Source of the DNA: a virus
Direction: 5' to 3' (one strand)
UHGV virus genome: UHGV-0218797
Length of the DNA stretch: 37,616 bases
A program made the translations under genes and the position numbers. The notes beneath the pieces are model-generated. The model was given only the letters and a program-made list of their open reading frames with translations, made no database searches and was not told the origin of the DNA. Below are positions 24,479 through 34,699 of this stretch, one piece after another; position 1 is the first letter of the stretch; every line of letters begins with the position of its first letter.

Positions 24479-26962
24479 CTATCTCCGGTAAGGAAGATTA
24501 ACAATTCCCCCGGGGCGTTTCTGCCTTTGGGTAGTATTGGCCCATTTACCTATTGCGTCAATTTGAGCATTGATTCCTCTCAACCCCTGGGTTAATTCCT
24601 CTTTCAATCCATTGATGGCACGTTTTGTTGCCAGTCCTAATTCCTGAAGCTTGGCAACGTAGAGCTTGCCTAATTCCCTCATTTCAGCTTCATCAATGTG
24701 TCCATCCGCGGCTGCAGCTTCAATATTTTTACGTATGGCATCAAGAGCCTTGTTGGCCAGGTCTGACTGCTGGGGGCTAGAACTTTCGCCCGTTTTCATG
24801 AGCAATCCCTGTACAAAAGTTTTAAACGCCTCTTTAGTATCTTTCTGCTGTTCCCGCTGAAGCTTCTTCAGTTCCCGGTCCCGCTCTTTTTCAAGCTTTT
24901 CCTGGGCCTTCTTGGCTTCCTGGGCTTCCTTTTTGTCGGCCCGTTTGTTGAACAGGTCAATATTGGCGGAATTGAGCCGGTCTTGCGTCCTGATGCTCCG
25001 CTCCTGATCAACAATGTTGCGTTCATAGGCCCCCATAATATCCCCCAGCTTCCCGGCTTCTTCTCTGGCATCGGCAAGTTTGTCCGCAAGTTCTTTTGCC
25101 TTGGTGTTCTGGTCTTCCAGGGCTTTTTGATATTCCCCGGTTCGGCTGGTTACGTCCGTTCCCTGCTGGTAGGATGGTTCAAAGTTCACGCCGGATTGGC
25201 GGAACAAGTCCCGGAGTTCATCTATTCTGACAGTGGCGGCATTTCCCTCGTTTTGGGCTGCATCACGGGCAGACAGAAGGCGTTGCTTCTCGGCTTGAAG
25301 TTTTGCCAATTCTTCCCTAGCTTTTCGTCCTTCGGAGTTAGGGACTCTTGCTAACGCCTCAATATCATTTATTTTTTCATTCACCTTGCTAATTCTACCG
25401 TTACTCGCATCAATCCGTTCCTGGGCTTTGAACTGTTGCTGGAACAGTCTTTCAACCTCTTGAAGGGAGGGCATTTGACCTTGAATGAACTTCATGTCAA
25501 AGTCCTTATCTTGCAAACGGTCACGGTTTTGAACGGCCGTATCCAACTGCTTTCCGTAGTCCATGAATTCCTTCTGCGCTACTTCCAGATCCCGGCGGCG
25601 TATTTTGTCGTCAAGATTCTGGTCAATCATCATCATGCCGTAGTCCCGCTGACGTTTGGTGATTTTGCCGTCTTCAAAGTCATTGTCCAACTTCACGCGG
25701 GCAAGCTCGGCTTCCTGCGTGTCAATACCCTTCTGGCGGGCGGCTTCCTCTCTCCGTAGCTGGATTTGCCGTTCAATCTCCTGCGTTTGCAAGCGGTATT
25801 GCGTCGTAATGCCCTTGATGAAGTCCTCGAACCCTTTGTTGATTTCCTGCGTCCGGTCGGCTTTGTTATAGTCTTGGATGGCCTCATAACTCTTTTTGAT
25901 GGCTTCGGCAGCATCCCTGGCACGTTTTTTCATCCTTTCGGTTGCCTTCTCGGCGGCCTTGTCAAGTTCATCACTCTTAGCCTTGAAATGGTCAATCAAA
26001 GCGGTAATGCCGGCGGTCAGCCCCTGGATCAGCAGCATAGCCCAGCCCAGCGGCCCCATAGCCGTTTTAATGGTGGTTCCAAAAAGACGAATAAACGGAA
26101 TAGCCCCACGCAGGGAACTGGACATGCCGAGGATGCGCGTTGCCGCAATGGTGATTTGCCCGGCCAGCCCCTTGACCTGCGTGGAAGTGAGTTGTCCGGC
26201 ATCCCCGGCCGTCTTGATGCGCCGTCCCAAATCCTGGATATTCTTCAGGGCGTCCGCCTGGGCTACGTTGTCCCCGGCCTTCCGGGCTTCTTCCAGTTTG
26301 GCAATGTAGGATTCCAGTTCGGCCTGCAGTTCTTCATAGGTGGCGGAGGCGCGGCGGTTGTTGGCTTCCAGCCGTTCCACCGTGGCGGCGGCGGCCTGCT
26401 GCTTCCGGGCCTCCGCGGCTTCCGCCTTTTCCGCGGCCTTGTCGGCGGCGTCCATTTCCTTGTTGTAGCCGTCGATGATTTGTTGAAGGTTTTCGTCAAG
26501 GTCATCTCCCCATTTCGCCCCAAGGTCCAAATCAGACATTTTGTTATTGAGGACTTCAAAGACGTCATCCACCTGTTCCAGCTTCTTCCTGAATTCCTCG
26601 GAGGTCAGCACGGCGTTGGTGACTTCGTCAATAAACCCGGTCAATCCCGGGTTGTCGTTGAAGGCGGCTTTCATCCGGGAGCCGGCGGCAGTCAGGGCGT
26701 CGGCGTATTGGTCAAGTTTGGAATTGGCGTTTTCCAGGGCTTGTTCATATTCCGCCCCCATGCCGTCCTTCATGGCGGCGCCGGTTTCTTCAGCGGCCGT
26801 TTTGACGTTGTTCAGGGAGTCGGTTACCTGGTTGATGGCGTCCGCGCTTCCGCCGGCTCCCCGGGCGGCTTCCCTGGTCTTGTTGATGGCTTCCGTTGTC
26901 TGGTCGGCGCCGGAGGTGTCGGCGGTCGTTCTGATGTTGATGTTCAAGTCTCTGTCTGACAT
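24479..26962 (-). CDS. Tail tape measure protein.
   Basis: 827 aa, highly charged coiled-coil protein with a central hydrophobic segment (GAIPFIRLF...GWAMLLIQGLTAGITALIDHF). Confidence 0.75.
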   Translation of the reverse strand: MSDRDLNINIRTTADTSGADQTTEAINKTREAARGAGGSADAINQVTDSLNNVKTAAEETGAAMKDGMGAEYEQALENANSKLDQYADALTAAGSRMKAAFNDNPGLTGFIDEVTNAVLTSEEFRKKLEQVDDVFEVLNNKMSDLDLGAKWGDDLDENLQQIIDGYNKEMDAADKAAEKAEAAEARKQQAAAATVERLEANNRRASATYEELQAELESYIAKLEEARKAGDNVAQADALKNIQDLGRRIKTAGDAGQLTSTQVKGLAGQITIAATRILGMSSSLRGAIPFIRLFGTTIKTAMGPLGWAMLLIQGLTAGITALIDHFKAKSDELDKAAEKATERMKKRARDAAEAIKKSYEAIQDYNKADRTQEINKGFEDFIKGITTQYRLQTQEIERQIQLRREEAARQKGIDTQEAELARVKLDNDFEDGKITKRQRDYGMMMIDQNLDDKIRRRDLEVAQKEFMDYGKQLDTAVQNRDRLQDKDFDMKFIQGQMPSLQEVERLFQQQFKAQERIDASNGRISKVNEKINDIEALARVPNSEGRKAREELAKLQAEKQRLLSARDAAQNEGNAATVRIDELRDLFRQSGVNFEPSYQQGTDVTSRTGEYQKALEDQNTKAKELADKLADAREEAGKLGDIMGAYERNIVDQERSIRTQDRLNSANIDLFNKRADKKEAQEAKKAQEKLEKERDRELKKLQREQQKDTKEAFKTFVQGLLMKTGESSSPQQSDLANKALDAIRKNIEAAAADGHIDEAEMRELGKLYVAKLQELGLATKRAINGLKEELTQGLRGINAQIDAIGKWANTTQRQKRPGGIVNLPYRR

Positions 26963-27047
26963 GGTTTTACTGATTGGTTTTATTTGGTTGGCTGTTGTTG
27001 TTTCAACGGGTAGTTGAAGGGGGGCATATCCGTGGTTGCCGGAGCAT

Positions 27048-27785
27048 TCATGGATTCAAACGGGCGTCGCACAGGGCGCGCATGACTTCCCTACGGGCGC
27101 TTTTGGGAACGTGGGGAGGCCGGGGATTGCCGACGCTCACCACGTCATAGCTGCGGGCATAGTCCTCCGGATTCGCCGTCCGGCTGTCCCAGTTCCACCA
27201 GGACCACCGCCCGGCCCGGTTCAGGGGCGTCCACGGCTCGTCAAGCCGGACACGCTCCCGGCCGCAGACGTCCATGACGGCCCGGCAGATGGTTAGGTCT
27301 TCCGGGGCGAGCGGGGGGATAGCGGCGCATTCCAGAGCTTCTGCGGCCATCCTGGCCGTCCGGCCGCTCAGGGCGTAGCAATTTCCGTAGGCGGACCGTT
27401 CGGAAGGGTTCCTGGGGACCCGGTATCCGGAGGCGTGCAGCGCAAGACCGTTATGCTGCATATCACGGACCCATCCGCCCGACAGAAGCGCCGTGTCGGA
27501 GTCAATCTTGACGACGGTATCGCCATCCGCCGCCCCCCCGGCCAGAGTGGCAATGATTCCCCGGACGCACTCCGGGCCGCGCAGGTTGCCGCAGCGGGGG
27601 AAAGAACTCCGGCGATACCGCGCCCCATGCGCTACAAGAGCCCTCCTGGCCTCCGGGGGCACCGGGGCTGCGCTGTCGTCCACCACCGTAACCACCGCCT
27701 CCGGAAGAGCCGTCCTGGCGCACCGGACGCAGGCCACGGCTTCCTGCGCGTCTCCGGCATAGGTGAAGGTGTATATCCTGATCAT
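27048..27785 (-). CDS. GT-A fold (GT2-like) glycosyltransferase in the tail operon.
   Basis: Beta1 IRIYTFTY, a DD motif VVTVVDDS around residue 40, and a DxD-like KIDSDT around residue 100. ATGA-coupled to the upstream tail gene. Confidence 0.4.
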   Translation of the reverse strand: MIRIYTFTYAGDAQEAVACVRCARTALPEAVVTVVDDSAAPVPPEARRALVAHGARYRRSSFPRCGNLRGPECVRGIIATLAGGAADGDTVVKIDSDTALLSGGWVRDMQHNGLALHASGYRVPRNPSERSAYGNCYALSGRTARMAAEALECAAIPPLAPEDLTICRAVMDVCGRERVRLDEPWTPLNRAGRWSWWNWDSRTANPEDYARSYDVVSVGNPRPPHVPKSARREVMRALCDARLNP

Positions 27786-29983
27786 GACATTCCGGAGGGG
27801 CCGAAGGTTCCCGGGTGGGTCTGGAGATAAACCGTGCCCGCCTGGTGCTGCACCACCTTGCTGCCGTCGATGGTGGCCAGATGGAAATAATATTCATAAG
27901 GGGTTTCCCGGTCTTCCTCCGCGAGCCTGACGGGGTCGGAGACGCCGCCCGCGGCGGACAGAGAGGATCCGAGGTATTTCGCGTCCTTGTCCAACTGGAT
28001 CTTGAGCCAGATTTCCCCGGAGGTGACGGGGCTTTTCACCCATCCCCCGGAACCGGCCCCCTCCGGAAGCAGCCCCCCGATATAGTTGCCGGCATAGATA
28101 GCCTTCCCCTGGCGGATGTAGGCGTCGGACACCTTGCCGTCGCTCCCGTAAGACAGGCGGCATTGGAATCCCACCTCGACGGCGCTGGTTCCCCACGCGG
28201 GCGGTTCCTGGGCCTGCAGCAGTTTTACGGACGGCCCGACGCTGGGAAGCTCCGGGACTTCATCGTCCGCTCCGGAAGAGCCTCCGCTGCCGGATCCTCC
28301 GCCCGAAGAACCTCCCCCGGAAGACGTGGACGAGTCCGCCCAGGCCGTCCGGCGCAGCGCCTCGGCAAGCTGCCGGCTCCGGTCGATGGAGTCCTGCAGG
28401 GAGATCTGTTCCGGGGCTCCCACCGTCACGTCGGAAACTCCCGTTTTAAGGTCGAGGGATATTTCCTGGATGACGGACCGCATGGTTTCCCATTCTTTCA
28501 ACCCTCCCGTGATGGAGAGGCGCCCCCCGCAGACCTGGTCAAAGTCGTCGTGGACGGTCGCGGATCCGTCATAGGGCAGCGCGCGGGTGGCTTCGTAGTA
28601 GGATTTCAGGAAATTTTTATACAGTGCGGAGGTGTCGTAGCTGCCCGATGTTTCGTCGTCTCCGGAGCTTCCGCCGTCGTCGGACACACTTTCCACCGTC
28701 CCTGCCCTGTCCACCCGGTAGGATGCGTAGCCGACATTCGTCGTGGTCACTTCAAACGTCAATGTTCCGATCCAGCGGTCCCCGGTTCCGGATTTTCCGC
28801 CGTATTCCGGAAAATATTGTTTCACCGTGTCGGGGGGATCCGTCGCCCGCACCCGCAAATCCACCCGGACCTTGCCCCATTTGATTCTCGCGCTCTTTCC
28901 GTTGATCTGGCCGGAGGTCAGTTCGTGGGTGATGGCCGCGCTGCTGTATCCCCGGTGTTCCGCGTCAGCCGGCGTGATGGACGTGATTTTCGGACTGGCC
29001 GCCACTTCCAGGCCGGCGCAATCCTCCAGGGCCGGAGCCCAGCGTTTGACGCGGGCCGCCCACTGGGCCGTGCCGGTCGGGAATTTGTCTCCCCGGACAA
29101 TCATCCGCGGGGCGTCGTAACCCAGCGAGTCCGTTTCCACAGGGCTGTATTGCCCGGCAGTGTCGGAGACCTTGACGCCGCCCGGAACGTCCACTTCCGC
29201 CGTCACCACATAGAGCTGGGACAGGGAGGCGCCTGAGGGATAGACGGCCAGCGCGCGCTGAACCCGGGAAATAACGGAGGCGTTGCAGGTCAGCCCCACG
29301 GCCGGAGGCACCAGATCGGGACGCGCCTTGAGGGACAGGGCGCTTACGTCCACGGCGGACAGGTCGAGCACGACATCCGGCAAATGGGCATGGTCGGCAA
29401 TGACCAGCGTGGCGGAGTCATCCGCGCCGTATTCAAACCACGCGGCCATGTTGGGGCGCCATTGCTGGATCTTGGAAAGCAGGGAGGCATACGTTTCCGA
29501 CGCGTAGGCAAACGGAATGATTTCGGCATCCTTGTCGATCCGGAGGTCGTATTTGATGGGGACCAGGGCCGTGCTGACGGCGTGGTCCAGGACTCCGGAG
29601 AGGGCGTCCCGGATGTTCGCGGTCGCCTGTTTTTCCTGACCGCTTCCGCCTGTACCCTGGCGGTATTCGGCAAAGATGCCGTTGGCGCGGCCGTTCACAA
29701 AGTACTGGATGTTGCTCAGGTTCCACCAGTAATCGCAAATCCTGATGTCCCAGCTCTCGGAGGTTCCTTCAAGGGAGTGTTCCAGGTCGATGACCGGGCC
29801 GATGAGCAGGGTTTTCCCGCGCCAGACAACTTTCACTATTTCCCCTTCTTCAAACGGGCAGGAGGCAAACCGGGAGACCGGCGCGCGGAAGGAGACGGAG
29901 GCTCCCCCGAAGGAGAGCCGGTTGTAGGACGGGCTTTCGGCCATGTCCAGGAAGTCGGCGGAAGATACGTCAAGGGTTTTCAC
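27782..29983 (-). CDS. Large tail protein, 733 aa, with a Gly/Ser linker. Could be a host-specificity or distal tail protein.
   Basis: Lies between the major-tail candidates and the tape measure gene. Contains the linker SSTSSGGGSSGGGSGSGGSSG. Confidence 0.45.
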   Translation of the reverse strand: MKTLDVSSADFLDMAESPSYNRLSFGGASVSFRAPVSRFASCPFEEGEIVKVVWRGKTLLIGPVIDLEHSLEGTSESWDIRICDYWWNLSNIQYFVNGRANGIFAEYRQGTGGSGQEKQATANIRDALSGVLDHAVSTALVPIKYDLRIDKDAEIIPFAYASETYASLLSKIQQWRPNMAAWFEYGADDSATLVIADHAHLPDVVLDLSAVDVSALSLKARPDLVPPAVGLTCNASVISRVQRALAVYPSGASLSQLYVVTAEVDVPGGVKVSDTAGQYSPVETDSLGYDAPRMIVRGDKFPTGTAQWAARVKRWAPALEDCAGLEVAASPKITSITPADAEHRGYSSAAITHELTSGQINGKSARIKWGKVRVDLRVRATDPPDTVKQYFPEYGGKSGTGDRWIGTLTFEVTTTNVGYASYRVDRAGTVESVSDDGGSSGDDETSGSYDTSALYKNFLKSYYEATRALPYDGSATVHDDFDQVCGGRLSITGGLKEWETMRSVIQEISLDLKTGVSDVTVGAPEQISLQDSIDRSRQLAEALRRTAWADSSTSSGGGSSGGGSGSGGSSGADDEVPELPSVGPSVKLLQAQEPPAWGTSAVEVGFQCRLSYGSDGKVSDAYIRQGKAIYAGNYIGGLLPEGAGSGGWVKSPVTSGEIWLKIQLDKDAKYLGSSLSAAGGVSDPVRLAEEDRETPYEYYFHLATIDGSKVVQHQAGTVYLQTHPGTFGPSGMS

Positions 29984-30387
29984 AGGGGGCGGCCGAGGGT
30001 GAAGTTGTAGGAGACAATAAGGCGCAGGCCTTGAACCTTCGGCTCGGCGTCGGCGATGACAGCTTCAAAGCGCTGTTCACGGCCGCAGGCGTCGGTCCAG
30101 GTCCATTCCCCCTTCCCCGCCGTTTTCCATTCGTTGAGCCATTCGTAAAAGGCGCTCCACGCGTCCATGTGGGAGGCGCATTCCCGCACGGTGGAGATGG
30201 TGAAGGACAGGGACAGGTTGCCGAATGCGTCCAGCCTGGGGAACGGGCTGTTGATGATCGGCGTGGCGGACGTGCCGAACTGCACCGGGAAAGCGTGTTC
30301 CGGCAGGGAGTCGAGCAGGAATTCCCCGGCGCGCACGACGGGGCGCCCGTCAAAGGTAATGGAAAAGGGAGATACGGTCGTGTCCAT
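29980..30387 (-). CDS. Hypothetical tail-associated protein, 135 aa.
   Basis: Coupled within the tail operon. Confidence 0.35.
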   Translation of the reverse strand: MDTTVSPFSITFDGRPVVRAGEFLLDSLPEHAFPVQFGTSATPIINSPFPRLDAFGNLSLSFTISTVRECASHMDAWSAFYEWLNEWKTAGKGEWTWTDACGREQRFEAVIADAEPKVQGLRLIVSYNFTLGRPL

Positions 30388-30454
30388 GCCTCAATAATGG
30401 TGGGGGAAACAGGGGCCGCCCCTCCCCATGCAAACAGAGGGGCGGCCCCGGCTG

Positions 30455-31036
30455 TCATGCTCCGGCGGAGGCCGGGAAGGCGATTTCTTCCGTGGGCGTC
30501 AGGGAATTCAGGGAGGACGGTATCACTTCAAGCGTCAATTTCGGCGTGATCAGCTTGTTGTTTTCCGTGGGGATTTCCACCTTGAGCAGCGCCGCGACTT
30601 CCAGGACCATCATTTCTTTTTTGTCTTCCTGGTATTTGGTGAGGCGCGCCCATACCTTTTGCCCGTAGATGTTCCGGGAAAAGGGCTGCACTTCCTTCCC
30701 GGCTTCCAGCCTGTCGCACTGGTAAATCACCTGCCAGCAGACCGGATTAACCTCCGTGGAGTTAATCTCGATGGTGTTGCCCGTCACTTTGGTGTTCTTC
30801 CGCGTCACATAGGAGGTCGTGTCGCGGGAAAATACCGTGCGGGCGTCGTCTTCCGTGGTCGGCGTGATTTTGTAGTCGATGACTTCGTTGGCAATCATCC
30901 AGGCGTCGGAGTCCTTCGCCGGCTTGAAATGCTCGTCCACCGTGTCCGTGCCGCTTTCGGCCGTGACTGTCGTTCCGAACGGGCACAGGTCGAGAAAGGT
31001 GCCGACCAGCATTTCCTTGTTGTAGAGTTCTGACAT
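30455..31036 (-). CDS. Putative major tail protein, 193 aa.
   Basis: Position between the head-tail connectors and the tail genes. Size fits. Confidence 0.35.
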   Translation of the reverse strand: MSELYNKEMLVGTFLDLCPFGTTVTAESGTDTVDEHFKPAKDSDAWMIANEVIDYKITPTTEDDARTVFSRDTTSYVTRKNTKVTGNTIEINSTEVNPVCWQVIYQCDRLEAGKEVQPFSRNIYGQKVWARLTKYQEDKKEMMVLEVAALLKVEIPTENNKLITPKLTLEVIPSSLNSLTPTEEIAFPASAGA

Positions 31037-31041
31037 GGTTG

Positions 31042-31248
31042 TTAGCTTCTTACGTAGTCAATAAAGGTCACTTTCCCGGCGTCGGCGTGGACTTTGTACA
31101 CGTCTTCCGGGATGTGGACGATTTTTCCCCGCGCGGCGATGCCGTGAGGGAGTTCCAGCTTGTTGACGGCCACCCGGCATTTGACGATGCGGGGCGCCGG
31201 AGCAGTAGCGGCCTCCTGGGCCGCGGCAGTGGTGGGTTTAGTTGCCAT
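31042..31248 (-). CDS. Small structural-module protein, 68 aa.
   Basis: ORF in the structural operon. Confidence 0.3.
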   Translation of the reverse strand: MATKPTTAAAQEAATAPAPRIVKCRVAVNKLELPHGIAARGKIVHIPEDVYKVHADAGKVTFIDYVRS

Positions 31249-31723
31249 GTTTGATAATCAGGGTTGTTTCCATCGTCAGGACGATGGACTTTTTCAGGAT
31301 TTTGGCGAGAGCCGGCTTGGAGCTGGTAACGATTACCTCCGTCATCATCAGCCGGGCATGGTTGCGGCGCCACTTGTGAAAGCCCTCCTGGATGATGTCG
31401 GCAAGGTCGTCGGCGTCCCAGCCGTCACCGTCCAGAAGCGGGTTGCTCTCCACGGTGACGTGCCATCTGGCCGTGCTTTTGCCGCTCCTGCTCAACTTGT
31501 CCGGAACAATTTCCGGACGCTCCATGACGATGACGGTTTCCAGGGAACCGGTCACCCTCTTGATTTCTTCCTCAAAGGAACCGTCCCATGCCTTAATAAT
31601 GATTTCCGGGTCTTCCCCGTTGTTGGCCGCGGAGCAAATTTCCACGGCCCGCTGACAGAGGACTTCCGCAAATGCAATGACAGGCGACTTCTTCAGGGTT
31701 TTCTTCATATCGGATTGCTCCAA
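31238..31723 (-). CDS. Head-tail joining or completion protein, 161 aa.
   Basis: Position and overlap coupling. Confidence 0.35.
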   Translation of the reverse strand: MEQSDMKKTLKKSPVIAFAEVLCQRAVEICSAANNGEDPEIIIKAWDGSFEEEIKRVTGSLETVIVMERPEIVPDKLSRSGKSTARWHVTVESNPLLDGDGWDADDLADIIQEGFHKWRRNHARLMMTEVIVTSSKPALAKILKKSIVLTMETTLIIKHGN

Positions 31724-32148
31724 TCCTGGTGTTTCGGCCCTCCGTAAATGACGTCGCTGGGCTGGTGCCCATCGTAGGGGGCAAACTCGACTTCACAGGC
31801 AGCCACGGCGCGGAGTTTCGCGCGGGCATCCTGATATTGAGCCGCCCGCGCCGTCCCCTGCAGGGATTCGCTTGAACCTGGCACGGAGCTGGTGACGGCA
31901 TCCCGCACCAGAATGCAGGTGGTGAATACCAACTCCGCGGGAACGGAACTGGAATCCATCGCAATCCTGGCATTTCTGGGGCAGGAGTTGACTGCAGCCG
32001 CCACCTCGTTGCAGACCTCGCGGATGATGTCGCTGATTTTGTCCCGGGCAATGGAAGTAATTTCCTTGTCCAGGCAATAGCGGGCAACCGCTTCCGGAGT
32101 AATCCTTACGAGGGCCATTGTTTCAATAAGGTTATACCTTGACGGCAA
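31705..32148 (-). CDS. Head-tail connector or completion protein, 147 aa.
   Basis: Position and overlap coupling. Confidence 0.35.
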   Translation of the reverse strand: MPSRYNLIETMALVRITPEAVARYCLDKEITSIARDKISDIIREVCNEVAAAVNSCPRNARIAMDSSSVPAELVFTTCILVRDAVTSSVPGSSESLQGTARAAQYQDARAKLRAVAACEVEFAPYDGHQPSDVIYGGPKHQDWSNPI

Positions 32149-32527
32149 GGACGGCTTCCTGTGCCGTGCTGTCGCCTGCGGACGTTTCAGCTGCGATTTT
32201 CAGGCGCAGCCAGGGGCCGGCCTCCAACGGAACGCGCATGAACACTTCTCCGGAGCCGGAACCATTGCTCTCACCCCCCGTCGCAACCAGCTTCGGGGAA
32301 TCCTGTTCCGTCCAGGCATCACCGTCCTCGGACGATTCGACGGTGAGGGTCATCGTCTTGCCGGCGGCCAGCGCGGGAAGCTCTTCGTGCTTCAATGAAA
32401 TGACAGCGCTGTCGATGCCTCCTTTCTGTCCGATATGAATCGGGGCAGACGTTACCGTCTTTCCGGTTCCCGGCATCTTCAGACGGATCGTAAGCGCTTC
32501 GTCATTGCGGTACATATTCTTCATCAT
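32132..32527 (-). CDS. Head-associated protein, 131 aa. Possibly a decoration or connector protein.
   Basis: Lies immediately downstream of the capsid gene. Confidence 0.35.
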   Translation of the reverse strand: MMKNMYRNDEALTIRLKMPGTGKTVTSAPIHIGQKGGIDSAVISLKHEELPALAAGKTMTLTVESSEDGDAWTEQDSPKLVATGGESNGSGSGEVFMRVPLEAGPWLRLKIAAETSAGDSTAQEAVLAVKV

Positions 32528-32559
32528 GTGGTGTGTTTCTCCTTTCTGCGGATAAAAGG

Positions 32560-33600
32560 TTAATTTTTGAGGGCAAGGGAGTTGCGACGGGCGCGGAAAA
32601 AGTCTTCCGCAAATGCGGCGCGGACACTGGACAGTGATTCGTCATCAAGCAGGGAATCCACTTCCAGAATCTTGATTCCCATCACGGAATCGGGTTCAGG
32701 GGCGATCATGCCCGTTCCGCCGTTTCCGGTGGCAGGCGTAAGGGTTCTGGATTCCTGCAACAGCAATTTCACATTGCCGTTCATAACCACATAGGAAATC
32801 ATGCCGCGCAAGGCCGCAGGAAACAGGCTCTTCGCCTTGGCGACAAGTTTGTCCGTCAAGGGATGCTGGGCGCTGATGTTCTTGATGCGGGCCACGGAAA
32901 ACGGAGATTCCACGGCAATGCCCGTCCAGCCTTCCAAACGGGAAGTATAGGCCCTCATTGTTCCTGATTCCCCGTCTTCCGTATTCCTGGCTACGGTCTC
33001 TTCCTGCACCGGAGACATGGAAAGCGTCTTCTTGTTCCCCCATATGGAGTGCAGGAAGTCGTCACCCAAAATGACCAGGTAAGCGGAAGCTCCGGAGTTG
33101 TCGGCGCGGTTGGCTTCCGAGTCTTCCTGCTTGGAAGGATCCGCGGAAATGGTCATATAATCCCCCATCTGTTCAGAAATAGCCGGGAACACATTTTCCT
33201 GTTCCGGAAGCCTGTACCACATCTGCAGGGCAATGGAGGCCATGGCACCCAACGTAACGCTTCGGGTTTCCTTGGTGAGCAGCTGCGCCCCCCTGGCGGA
33301 GCTGGTGACAACGGCCTTGTCCACCGCAATAGGTCCGTCAATGTAGTAACACTTAACGGTTTTATTGGTGTATTCGGTCGTCAGGTTCTTGGCTCCGGCA
33401 TTGGCCGGACGAAACCCGAAACGGGGAATGCCGGTGGGCATATTGATTTCGTACTGCGTTCCGTCAATAACGGTAACGGGAAACGCGGTTACTTCCGGGG
33501 ATGCAAGTCCAACAGAACGGACTGCGTCAAGGGCCTTGATAGATCCTGTTCCTTCCTGCTGAAGCACGTCCAGCAGGGTCATAAATTCTTTCGCGGGCAT
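32560..33600 (-). CDS. Major capsid protein. The call is positional.
   Basis: 346-aa gene directly after the protease/scaffold gene. Confidence 0.55.
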   Translation of the reverse strand: MPAKEFMTLLDVLQQEGTGSIKALDAVRSVGLASPEVTAFPVTVIDGTQYEINMPTGIPRFGFRPANAGAKNLTTEYTNKTVKCYYIDGPIAVDKAVVTSSARGAQLLTKETRSVTLGAMASIALQMWYRLPEQENVFPAISEQMGDYMTISADPSKQEDSEANRADNSGASAYLVILGDDFLHSIWGNKKTLSMSPVQEETVARNTEDGESGTMRAYTSRLEGWTGIAVESPFSVARIKNISAQHPLTDKLVAKAKSLFPAALRGMISYVVMNGNVKLLLQESRTLTPATGNGGTGMIAPEPDSVMGIKILEVDSLLDDESLSSVRAAFAEDFFRARRNSLALKN

Positions 33601-33601
33601 A

Positions 33602-34699
33602 TTACTTGTTCAGGTTATTGAGTTCGGTTTCAAAGGAGCTGCGAAGAGCCGCGGTTCCCGTGACGGGTTCTTTTGGGGAGCCTTCCGGCTTGCCGGCATT
33701 CACGTCATCGAATGCGGGATTTTTCGGCAGGGCGTTCAACTGCTTGCTGGCGGCAATATAGTCTTCCGTCAGGGCTCGTTCCCAAAAGGTCTTGGATGCT
33801 TCATCCTTCGGGGCGATTTTGCCCGCAGCAATGGCATCGGCAACGTCCTGGACGGCGCGTTCCTTCACCTGCTTCCTGGATGCGGCAATTTCTTCCTGGC
33901 ATTTCGCCAGCTCCTTCTTGCTTGCTTCCAATTCGTCGGAGCTGGCCTTGCCTTTGTCCTGCAGGGCCTTGATGCGCTCCAACACGATAGCCTCGGCATT
34001 TTCAGCCTTGGCTTCTTCCTCGGTCAAAATGCCGAGGGCAACGAGTTTAGTGATGTCCATGTCTCGGTTGGTTGTATGGTTGTCTTGCTGGTCGAGGCCC
34101 TCCTTGGGCTTCTCAAGGTCTCTATTGTCGCCCGGTTTCCCGGGGTCTTCAACGTCGTCAAAATGGGCTACGTCGCCCTCCATTCGGCTGGCGGCAATGC
34201 GTTCGATGTCGTCAAATGCGGGGTCATTGACCAAGGAACCTACTTCTATGGATTCCGGCAACAGGCCGAGGATTTCCCCGGTTCCCTTGTCGCGCCGGAA
34301 GCGGGGGCTGTGATAGCCGTAATTGCCGCCTTCCACGTCCGTTCTTCCCTTCTCCGTCCATCCTTCCAGTTCCAACACAACGCCTTTTTCCTCGTTCCAC
34401 ACAAACCGTCCCGGCTTGTAAGAGGCGGGCCCCATCTCATGATCATAGAGCCCGACCGGTTTGACGTTGCTGGATAGCTTGGCTTCCAGGTCGGCATTGA
34501 GCCGGGGAACGCAGTCGGACGTTACCCGCACCACACACGTTCCCGGCTGGCCGTTGAGCGAGCATTTAATAGTATGTTCTCCTTTGGGGGCCCACAGGAT
34601 AGCCATGGGAGCCTTGCCGTGGTTGCCGGCTACCGTCGTTATCAGCGTACTCATGCCCCCATGATGAGGCACAGTGGAGGTATGGGGCAATAGACGCAA
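33602..34699 (-). CDS. Prohead protease with a nested C-terminal scaffold (Mu I/Z-like arrangement).
   Basis: N-terminal globular domain followed by an acidic coiled-coil C-terminus. TTG start embedded in the conserved motif. Internal Met (MEGDVAHFDD) next to a second copy of the motif. Confidence 0.5.
   Translation of the reverse strand: MRLLPHTSTVPHHGGMSTLITTVAGNHGKAPMAILWAPKGEHTIKCSLNGQPGTCVVRVTSDCVPRLNADLEAKLSSNVKPVGLYDHEMGPASYKPGRFVWNEEKGVVLELEGWTEKGRTDVEGGNYGYHSPRFRRDKGTGEILGLLPESIEVGSLVNDPAFDDIERIAASRMEGDVAHFDDVEDPGKPGDNRDLEKPKEGLDQQDNHTTNRDMDITKLVALGILTEEEAKAENAEAIVLERIKALQDKGKASSDELEASKKELAKCQEEIAASRKQVKERAVQDVADAIAAGKIAPKDEASKTFWERALTEDYIAASKQLNALPKNPAFDDVNAGKPEGSPKEPVTGTAALRSSFETELNNLNK
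34157..34172 (+). repeat. Copy d of GTCAAAATGGGCTACG.
   Basis: Exact 16-mer inside the protease/scaffold gene, just downstream of an in-frame internal Met. Confidence 0.8.

Noticed and set aside
25766-29236. Plus-strand ORFs of 397 aa and 473 aa.
   Set aside because: Antisense to the tape measure and tail protein genes. They are shadow ORFs.
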